Positions 46,901 through 64,000 of a stretch of 64,000 bases of DNA are shown piece by piece. Position 1 is the stretch's first letter; every line of letters begins with the position of its first letter. Position numbers and translations under genes: made by a program. A model generated the notes under the pieces. That model was not told where the DNA came from. It did not search any database and was given only the letters and a program-made list of their open reading frames with translations. Origin of the DNA: Podarcis bocagei (taxonomy: Eukaryota); assembly GCA_964188305.1 (NCBI GenBank), contig OZ076897.1. The stretch is one strand, 5' to 3'.

Positions 46901-48002
46901 CTCCCTCTGCCGGTTGTAGAGCTGGAGATATGGGATGTGCTCTTAGGTGCTTGTGTCCCAAGCGGTTTATGACTTCATATGCTAGTACTAACACCTTGAA
47001 TTGGGCCTGGTAGCTCACTGGCAGACAATGCAACACTCTCAGAAGTGGAGACACGTGTGTCTCATCAAGCTGCTCCATTTACCAGCCTAGCGGACATATT
47101 CTTGAAATACCTACATTGGCTCCCAGTAGATTTCCGAGCACAATTCAAAGTGTTGGTGCTGACCTTTAAAGCCCTAAACGGCCTGGCCCAGTATACTTGA
47201 AGGAGCGTCTCCACCCCCATCGTTCAGCCCAGACACTGAGGTCCAGCTCTGAGGGCCTTCTGGCGGTTCCCTCACTGCAAGAAGTGAGGTTACAGGGAGC
47301 CAGGCAGAGGGCCTTCTCGGTGGTGGCACCTGCCCTGTGGAAGGCCCTCCCATCAGATGTCAAGGAAATAAACAACTATCTGACTTTTAGAAGACATCTG
47401 AAGGCAGCCCTGTTTAGGGAAGTTTTTAATGACTGATGTTTTAATATATTTTTAATCTCTTGTTGGGGAAACCCAGCCAGATGGGCGGGATATGTAATAA
47501 ATTATTATTATTATTATTATTCTGCAGTAGCTGCAACATGTGGTTTTCGAGATAATGTCTATGTAGAGTCCATTACAGTAGTCCAGGCAGGAGCATGGAC
47601 AACTAGGCCAGACTATTGCAGTGCAGGAATTGCTGTAGCTGGCAAACCGAGCTAAGTCACAGAAACTGCTTTGAGAAACCAGGAGTACTCCTAGACTACA
47701 AGCACATGTATGTTGAAGATTTTGGTTGCTTAAGCAGGGATTTTAGATAACAGTTAAAGTATCAAATCAGTGTTAAAAGAACACTTCACGTGTGGTCGTC
47801 ACTAACTGTAAAAAAATAAATAAAAATCCTTATCAAACAGAAACCGAAGAAAGCCTCCTTTGATCAGGACTCAGATGTAGACATCTTCCCCTCAGAGTTT
47901 GCCTCTGAAGCAGCCTCCAGGCCGCGGACTGGACGGGCGAGAAAAGAAGTGAAATATTTTGCAGAGTCTGATGAAGATGACGATTTTGCGATGTTTAATT
48001 AA
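4823..48002 (+). CDS. TOP2B: DNA topoisomerase II beta, complete 36-exon gene (spliced CDS ~4941 nt, ~1646 aa)
   Basis: Exons splice in frame from MAKSG.. to ..DDFAMFN*. Motifs: GHKL ([27 protein letters not shown]), TOPRIM ([24 protein letters not shown]), catalytic ASPRYIF. N-terminus LTWVTLFD and C-terminus [14 protein letters not shown] are beta-type; adjacent to RARB as in other vertebrates. Confidence 0.98.
9180..9768. mobile_element. LTR-like insertion flanked by a 33-bp direct repeat
   Basis: CpG-rich foreign segment; identical flanks at 9147-9179 and 9769-9801. Confidence 0.6.
10269..10634 (+). mobile_element. Sauria-type SINE, full length
   Basis: A/B boxes (gtggcactgtgg, ggttcgaatgcc), (ACCTTT)n tail, TSD tactgcgctgc. 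Confidence 0.88.
10635..10826 (+). mobile_element. Sauria-type SINE, 3' half
   Basis: Body and tail match the 18664 copy; ends tttacctttacc. Confidence 0.85.
10960..11330 (-). mobile_element. Old L2-like 3' fragment; related copy at ~38020-38370
   Basis: Shared ttccacataaatcataa and gcctgcaaggcagggagcagg..ttccaggactca in both copies. Confidence 0.55.
12434..12604 (+). CDS. TOP2B: TOP2B exon 2 (alternative acceptor gives start 12452)
   Basis: [45 protein letters not shown]; ag/gt. Confidence 0.95.
12845..12935 (+). CDS. TOP2B: TOP2B exon 3
   Basis: [30 protein letters not shown]; ag/gt. Confidence 0.95.
14844..14907 (+). CDS. TOP2B: TOP2B exon 4
   Basis: [21 protein letters not shown]; ag/gt. 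Confidence 0.95.
15056..16002. mobile_element. Tc1/mariner-pogo-type MITE with internal GC-rich minisatellite
   Basis: TIRs CCGTATTTTTCGCCCTATAGGACGCAC / GTGTGTCTTATAGGGTGAAAAATACGG; TA target duplication. Confidence 0.88.
15171..15830. repeat. Hairpin minisatellite: ~2.6 units of 109 bp, then ~4 units of 99-101 bp
   Basis: ggcaactctc at 15171/15280/15389; gataagagg at 15491/15592/15691/15790. Confidence 0.92.
16410..17138. mobile_element. Tigger-like MITE interrupted by a LINE fragment
   Basis: TA-CAGTCAGACCTT..AAGGTACAACTG-TA; internal palindrome gcttctgattggctgcagga..tcctgcagccaatcagaagc. Confidence 0.75.
16489..16958 (-). mobile_element. L1/Tx1-like LINE 3' fragment
   Basis: [11 protein letters not shown]-like ORF2 end, U-rich 3' UTR, AATAAA, 17-bp TSD. 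Confidence 0.65.
17487..17632 (+). CDS. TOP2B: TOP2B exon 5
   Basis: [32 protein letters not shown]. Confidence 0.95.
17924..18021 (+). CDS. TOP2B: TOP2B exon 6
   Basis: [23 protein letters not shown]. Confidence 0.95.
18664..19031 (+). mobile_element. Sauria-type SINE
   Basis: Full body; 12-bp TSD tatgtattcaca (18649-18660, 19032-19043). Confidence 0.9.
19462..19674 (+). CDS. TOP2B: TOP2B exon 7
   Basis: [17 protein letters not shown]; aag/gt. Confidence 0.95.
19755..19928 (+). CDS. TOP2B: TOP2B exon 8
   Basis: [21 protein letters not shown]. Confidence 0.95.
20413..20548. mobile_element. hAT-type palindromic MITE
   Basis: ~55-bp arms with one mismatch; 8-bp TSD tcttatgc/tcttaagc; relatives near 20215, 40450, 45640, 54216. 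Confidence 0.88.
20819..20920 (+). CDS. TOP2B: TOP2B exon 9 (GC donor)
   Basis: [16 protein letters not shown] then gcaagt; frame kept only with the GC donor. Confidence 0.92.
21037..21174 (+). CDS. TOP2B: TOP2B exon 10
   Basis: [28 protein letters not shown]. Confidence 0.95.
21564..21702 (+). CDS. TOP2B: TOP2B exon 11
   Basis: [24 protein letters not shown]. Confidence 0.95.
22168..22325 (+). CDS. TOP2B: TOP2B exon 12
   Basis: [32 protein letters not shown]. Confidence 0.95.
22457..22582 (+). CDS. TOP2B: TOP2B exon 13
   Basis: [19 protein letters not shown]. Confidence 0.95.
22895..23005 (+). CDS. TOP2B: TOP2B exon 14
   Basis: [21 protein letters not shown]. Confidence 0.95.
23759..23864 (+). 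CDS. TOP2B: TOP2B exon 15
   Basis: [21 protein letters not shown]. Confidence 0.95.
24280..24389 (+). CDS. TOP2B: TOP2B exon 16
   Basis: [21 protein letters not shown]. Confidence 0.95.
24667..25021 (-). mobile_element. Sauria-type SINE
   Basis: Reverse full body; 13-bp TSD gttgctttagtta. Confidence 0.92.
26059..26151 (+). CDS. TOP2B: TOP2B exon 17
   Basis: [19 protein letters not shown]. Confidence 0.95.
26237..26351 (+). CDS. TOP2B: TOP2B exon 18
   Basis: [29 protein letters not shown]. Confidence 0.95.
26544..26665 (+). CDS. TOP2B: TOP2B exon 19
   Basis: [18 protein letters not shown]. Confidence 0.95.
26925..27170 (-). mobile_element. Bov-B (RTE) LINE 3' fragment
   Basis: [49 protein letters not shown], (CAA)n tail, 11-bp TSD caggactcaga. 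Confidence 0.9.
27401..27549 (+). CDS. TOP2B: TOP2B exon 20 (catalytic Tyr codon 27530-27532)
   Basis: [29 protein letters not shown]. Confidence 0.96.
28325..28560 (-). mobile_element. L2-type LINE 3' fragment
   Basis: Reverse of the 47104 copy (ggggaaac.cagccagatgggcgggg tail). Confidence 0.8.
29381..29612 (+). CDS. TOP2B: TOP2B exon 21
   Basis: [28 protein letters not shown]. Confidence 0.95.
30242..30376 (+). CDS. TOP2B: TOP2B exon 22
   Basis: [20 protein letters not shown]. Confidence 0.95.
30473..30673 (+). CDS. TOP2B: TOP2B exon 23
   Basis: [17 protein letters not shown]. Confidence 0.95.
30897..31070 (-). mobile_element. L2-type LINE 3' fragment
   Basis: Reverse-strand [14 protein letters not shown] and the same tail. 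Confidence 0.8.
31466..31778. mobile_element. Tigger-like MITE
   Basis: TA-CAGTGGTGCCTCGCAAGACGAAAA..TTTTCGTCTTGCGGGGCACCACTG-TA. Confidence 0.88.
31989..32234 (+). mobile_element. Probable LINE 3' fragment with A-rich tail
   Basis: U-rich stretch, AATAAA 32198-32203, A/GAAA tail, candidate 8-bp TSD caaacatt. Confidence 0.5.
32257..32452 (+). CDS. TOP2B: TOP2B exon 24
   Basis: [28 protein letters not shown]. Confidence 0.95.
32568..32659 (+). CDS. TOP2B: TOP2B exon 25
   Basis: [24 protein letters not shown]. Confidence 0.95.
33531..33686 (+). CDS. TOP2B: TOP2B exon 26
   Basis: [29 protein letters not shown]. Confidence 0.94.
33979..34062 (+). CDS. TOP2B: TOP2B exon 27
   Basis: [28 protein letters not shown]. 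Confidence 0.95.
34760..34957 (+). CDS. TOP2B: TOP2B exon 28 (GC donor)
   Basis: [28 protein letters not shown] then gcaagt. Confidence 0.92.
35993..36161 (+). CDS. TOP2B: TOP2B exon 29
   Basis: [39 protein letters not shown]. Confidence 0.93.
36958..37119 (+). CDS. TOP2B: TOP2B exon 30
   Basis: [29 protein letters not shown]. Confidence 0.94.
38651..38818. other. Assembly gap (168 N)
   Basis: N run between L2-type fragments. Confidence 0.99.
38819..38897 (-). mobile_element. L2-type LINE 3' fragment
   Basis: Near-identical to 30950-31025. Confidence 0.75.
38960..39337 (-). mobile_element. Possible solo-LTR remnant
   Basis: Minus strand begins TGTAAGG and has CCAAT motifs and AATAAA; the other end is not defined. 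Confidence 0.4.
40070..40283 (+). CDS. TOP2B: TOP2B exon 31
   Basis: [21 protein letters not shown]. Confidence 0.94.
41314..41393 (+). CDS. TOP2B: TOP2B exon 32
   Basis: [26 protein letters not shown]. Confidence 0.92.
42220..42330 (+). CDS. TOP2B: TOP2B exon 33 (GC donor)
   Basis: [18 protein letters not shown] then gcaagt. Confidence 0.9.
42456..42700. mobile_element. Tigger-like MITE
   Basis: TA-CAGTCATACCTT..AGAGGTACCACTG-TA; CpG-rich. Confidence 0.8.
42899..43140. mobile_element. hAT (Charlie-like) MITE
   Basis: CAGGGGTCAGCAAACT..AGTTTGCCTATCAATG termini. Confidence 0.7.
44533..44655 (+). CDS. TOP2B: TOP2B exon 34 (tandem acceptor, alternative start 44530)
   Basis: [30 protein letters not shown]. 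Confidence 0.92.
45069..45423 (-). mobile_element. Sauria-type SINE
   Basis: Highly similar to 24667-25021. Confidence 0.9.
46428..46525 (+). CDS. TOP2B: TOP2B exon 35 (tandem acceptor, alternative start 46425)
   Basis: [26 protein letters not shown] (NLS-like). Confidence 0.93.
46690..47700 (-). mobile_element. Old L2-type fragment split by a younger L2 copy
   Basis: [25 protein letters not shown] on the minus strand; resumes after 47520. Confidence 0.65.
47104..47520 (+). mobile_element. L2-type LINE 3' fragment (young)
   Basis: [27 protein letters not shown], (ATT)n tail. Confidence 0.85.
47841..48002 (+). CDS. TOP2B: TOP2B exon 36 (coding part, TAA 48000-48002)
   Basis: [39 protein letters not shown]. 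Confidence 0.96.
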   Translation, partial: KPKKASFDQDSDVDIFPSEFASEAASRPRTGRARKEVKYFAESDEDDDFAMFN

Positions 48003-48375
48003 GTGCCCAAAGAGCACACAAACTTCCAACAAATATCTTATGTTGTCCTTTTGTCCCTTTTTGTCGCAGACTTTTTGTACATTTGACTTATTTTATGTGA
48101 TGATGTAATTGATGGTTTTTTCTTATTGTGCGTAGGCATTTTAACATTTTGTTCTTACACCGACAGTTTTATGCTCTTTTTTACTCATTGAAATGTCATG
48201 TATTTGTCTGACCGGCTTGTAGAAATGTTCTAGGGAGCTGTGCAAAAGCACACATTTTAACTGTCATGGTTGCAAACTGCAAACCTGCTTTTTGAAATGA
48301 AGTTTAAACATTAAAAAAATATATAAAAACCATTTCCTTGCGTTTGGGGGTTTGGACTAAAAAGACACTGCTTTT
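48003..48375 (+). other. TOP2B: TOP2B 3' UTR; candidate poly(A) signal ATTAAA 48310-48315
   Basis: U-rich sequence after the stop; ATTAAA followed by a GU-rich stretch; runs into an N gap. Confidence 0.7.
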
Positions 48376-48527
48376 NNNNNNNNNNNNNNNNNNNNNNNNN
48401 NNNNNNNNNNNNNNNNNNNNNNNNNNNNNNNNNNNNNNNNNNNNNNNNNNNNNNNNNNNNNNNNNNNNNNNNNNNNNNNNNNNNNNNNNNNNNNNNNNNN
48501 NNNNNNNNNNNNNNNNNNNNNNNNNNN
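48376..48527. other. Assembly gap (152 N)
   Basis: N run between the TOP2B and RARB 3' UTRs. Confidence 0.99.
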
Positions 48528-49633
48528 AAAAAAATTCACTAGTGCTTTAAAATGAAACCTAAGAAACTGACACTTAAAAATTGTAACCACGCTACCACAT
48601 TTTCCACTCTCTTTTATGGTGATTAACAAAGTCAAAGAGGCAGATTCTCATCTCTGCTTTTGGGTATTCTAGTGACAGCCCCTTGTTACCAGAGAGGAGG
48701 ACTTTGGGGGGGGACGACAGTTTCTCCATATTTGTTTTCACTAGTGTCACCAATTCAGAGGTAGTGAGTATGCCTGGTCATTATTAGCCCACAAATTTCC
48801 CCCTAACAGCTTGTGAACAAGAAAACAAAACAAAAAAAACATTAACACTGGAAAGTGTTTCTGCCTTGAAGGCTATAACTGAAGTTAAAAATTTAGTATT
48901 TATTTTTAAATGCAGAGAAGTCAGCCAAGTAACAAACCCCCTTGTAAATTTTAAAGTGACATTAACAGTAAAACAAATTACATCCAAATAACTGGTCTGG
49001 CAGTTACATGTATACAGAAGTTCCTTCTGGTAGTGCAGTGAATTTCTTTGTCTCCTTTTACTGGGAAAGAAAGAAATACAAACCGAGGCCATTAAAAAAA
49101 AGAGCAAAGACAAGTTTTCATCCTAACTAAATTAGAATGTCTCTCTTAGAACTTTTTTTCACCTGGACATGTAAGCAGTCCATTTCGTAAGCATGATGTC
49201 TGGGTCATTTCATGTAAGCAAGAGAAAAGGAAAGCACCAAACATCCAGTCGAGAAAGTACAGGCCCATATATTTTGTTTATGTACAAAGTCATCAGAAAT
49301 GGGTAAAAACCATAATTTTAACCTCTTGTTTGAGATCTGTCTTGTCACTGTACAATCTTGGATTTCCAGCAGAAACAATTGAAGCTTAACTAGTTTATTA
49401 TTTCATGAACTAGTTCATTTAGCATTTCAAAAGTTTATGGTTTCAAGTTAAGCTGCAAGGCATCTGTTTGGGTATGTGTGTGTACATATAATACGGGTAC
49501 ACATGAAAAGTTCTTGGTCCTTGTTGGGTTTTAGTGTGTTTATATATAAAGTCCAGAAAATGAGCAGCAGCAAAGACTATTCTTGCGTCTCATCCCTGTC
49601 TATGAAATGTTAGGAATGTCGCTGGAGAACGTC
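48528..49633 (-). other. RARB: RARB 3' UTR (distal end probably within the N gap)
   Basis: Repeat-free AU-rich ~1.1 kb after the stop; minus-strand AATAAA at 48899-48904; Pumilio-like TGTACATA at 49279-49286. Confidence 0.7.
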
Positions 49634-60927
<11,294 letters not shown>

Positions 60928-63900
60928 CTAGAAAGAACAGAAGGAATCATAAGATCAGCCAATTTCTGTGCAGCGTAGCTGAATCCATATAAATAATGAA
61001 GAGTGGAGAGATCCTGCTACAAGCAATTTCTATTAGCAATCTGAATTGCAGTGAAATTTGCTGCTGGGAATGCTCTTGGTTTAATCATTCAAAAATGAAA
61101 GCTGCCATCTGTCAATAAGGCAAAATAATTTTCAGCCTTTCTAAATACCATTGCCATTTTTCTTTCCCTTTAATTATACGATGTTTATAACCAGGGATTT
61201 GAATAAGTGGAACTGGAACACTGGTTTCCATATCTAGGAAAAGGACTATGTCTGGTGGCACATAATTTCAGCACCATGGCTGTGCTCGTGCGTCATGAAA
61301 AGTCATAGTTAATAGTCTGCTGTGAATACGCAGAGCACACTAGCTTCCTGTCCCTGTGCTAGCAAGCAGAAGCGAGAAAACTTGGCTCAGTGTTAGGTTC
61401 AAACTGGGTATCAAACAAACCACAACTGGTAAGCCAAGAACATACATAGATTTGGAGCAAAACAAACCACAGCTACTCAGCCACGGCTCACTAGCAGGGA
61501 GGGGCAAATCAGGAGCAAACTGGTAAACCATGGCTTGCTATGACATGCAAAATGCAGTCAATGTGAGATCTTTTCACATGCTATTGTTTTAGCAAATTAG
61601 TTCAAAATAGTTTATCTTGTCTATACACGGGAAGAGTTTCAGCGCTCTGTCAAAAATCAGTGTTATGAACAGATGAGCCATCTGTTATGAAAAACTAATG
61701 AGCCATCTTTTACACAATTATAAAACTCTGGATTAAAAAAACCCAACACATATGGTATTGGAGAGTGATCTCTTTATCTCAGCGCACAAAGTTCAACAGT
61801 TGTGAAACATTTGCCTATCAAGAAAATGAAAGTTTTGATGTTTACTTAATGCGTGCAACACTATTCCATGTAGCGGATTTCACCTGGTTTAGCTTTAGAG
61901 CATCTCAAAATGATTCAGGCTCGTCCAGCCTCAAATAAAGAACAGATTTGCAGTGCACCTGGACTCTTCAAGCTGCCTGCACCTGTAAAATGTAGAATCA
62001 AACATATCCCAAGTGTGCCCCTGCTACTGGAAGAAACCCTTCTTGTGTTTTATCAATCATCAATCAATCAATCAATCAATGGCCTGTCCTAAGCTCTGTG
62101 GACATAAAAGAAAATGACATTGTTTTAGAACAGGAAATGACCCTTCACATGCCCAGTGCTGCTAAGAAAGTGGGACAAAGAGGAATGTCTGCAAGAGAGC
62201 CCAGCAGCGGAGGGTTCCTGGTTGCAAGAAGAAGGGATTGGGGAGAGGGTTAGTTCAGTTTGCATTTCAAGGAGATTCTGCCTAATCTGCAGTTTGTGAA
62301 ACAATATGCAACGGAAGCCCTATCTTCCTTCAAAATTCACACTACTCTGAAATTTGCAATGCGCTTCTCCAGCCAAGTAATGTGTTGACAAGTGTGCTGA
62401 CCTTCCGGGAAAGTTGGGTGGACAGACACACCCAGGAAACACGGGAACACTGGAACAGGGGTTGACATGTTAAGTACCTCCTCCTCCCCATTTAAAGCCT
62501 TTGTGCCGTCTTTTGAAGGCTTGAATGGGGCTACTGAAAGGCTAGGAAGGTCACGAGACTTGCTGTTGCTAGATCCACGTCTGTGGCCTATTTAAAATGG
62601 GTTTAGAATCTGGGCATTCTCCGACAAGAACTGGCACAGGAGAGTGCAAAAGACTGGTACCAACTTGATGAATGGGATAACTTGAAAACGAGGCAGAGAA
62701 ACTCAAAAAGTTCTGATGAACGGTGTAGGTAAATTCCAGGTCCTGGAGGAGTCAGACAAACAGGAAGAGGATCACACAACCATCTTCCCAGCAGCTGAGC
62801 CTAGACTCATTTACTGACAGAAACAAGGCACTTTGTGACCATGCGAAGGAAATGCTTTTGCCTGGGCAGGATAATAACAGGAGGCAGGAGGAAATGTCCC
62901 CACAAAACATTTCCTTTAGGAGGCGCGATCCAACAGGAACCTTTCCCACGCATGTCGTGCAGAGATGGATTTTGACGCTGAGCCTTGCCCTAGGACATTC
63001 TGCGACATAAAGGGGTTAACAGTCACCGCTTTGCTCATGGAAACATTTCCTCCTCCTACCAGTGAGTCTGCATCCTTAAGATTTATTTTGGATCATCCTC
63101 AAGGACCTCGGTGAAATACTGTAGGTGGGGGTGGGGAATAATATCAAGATGTGCAGCCATTCAGGTTGTAATTAAATTTAATAGGCAGTTTATCCACTTC
63201 CATAGGGAGGGAAATGGCAGCGAAGATCAGAGCCTAGAGCAGGAAATCATTTTACAATAGGGTATCCATCTGGAAAGAAGACGTTGCATGAAATCAGCTA
63301 GTGTGAACAAAATCTTGACCGGGATCTTATGAGCTCGGTTTATCATGCTCTTCCGCCCACCATCCCTGAGCCAGGGAAGTTTTGACAGAGATGCTTTTGA
63401 GCGGATGCCCGGCAGCCTTAACAAAATGCAAATCTGATTTGGCGATTATGCAAGCTGAAGAGAAGAGGTTAGTCAATAAAGCGCCACGTTCACTTGCTGT
63501 TTTATGGCACTGCTTTGCTGTGTTCAAGAGGGACCCAAAATGGCTCTGTCTCATCTTACGAATGCTGAAACCAGAAAGCGCTGCAACAACATTTTATACA
63601 GTAATCAGAGCTGCTAAAAAGCACCACTTGGAAAAACAAGCACATTTGTAGCCGTTCCCCTCGATATGGAGATATAAAACTGAGTCAGCATTGATATGCA
63701 GACCAAAAGATAAAATATGGAATTAATATAAAAGAAGGTTAGAAGCGGAAATTCCAGGATTCGCTCTCCATGGGTTCTGAGAAGTATCAAACTGGTGGAG
63801 TTTTGCTGAATGTTTTACAGCAGCATGATTTCCGAGTGTTGTTTTTTTCATGCATGCAGCTTAAGGACCACATTTCCCATAGTGCTGCAACAGAGGACAT

Positions 63901-64000
63901 ATGGTGGAATAATACTGTAAGGCCCCCTAGTGACACTTTTATCAGCAGAAAAGCCCAGCCATGCTGTAAAATCCAAACACATGGCCATTTTTAAATTTTA

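Noticed and set aside
4823-48002. TOP2A or a pseudogene
   Set aside because: Termini and the RARB neighbour are beta-type; all 36 exons join without a stop or frameshift.

Overview
This is eukaryotic (vertebrate) genomic DNA, very probably from a squamate and plausibly a lacertid lizard, judged by Sauria-type SINEs, a Bov-B fragment and a tRNA-Lys/CR1 SINE-LINE pair. It holds the complete 36-exon TOP2B gene on the + strand: CpG-island promoter ~3330-5290, ATG 4823, stop 48002, spliced CDS 4941 nt, about 1646 aa by my exon sum. Convergent with it are the last four coding exons (ligand-binding domain) of RARB on the - strand (49634-60927). The remainder is intron filled with CR1, L2, L1-like, RTE/Bov-B, SINE, LTR-like and MITE relics, plus two N gaps (38651-38818, 48376-48527). 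I found no prokaryote-type system and no unexplained protein-coding gene; most entries in the ORF track are spurious. The best leads are: (1) inverted SINEs bracketing exons 7-16, whose circle would be a stop-free in-frame ORF; (2) a MITE carrying an array of co-varying hairpins; (3) three GC-AG introns in one gene; (4) a tRNA-Lys/CR1 chimera; (5) an LTR-like insert flanked by a 33-bp duplication; (6) repeat expansions in TOP2B (23xGly, PVAS repeat). All coordinates were read by eye, and repeat family names come from recognition, not a database search.
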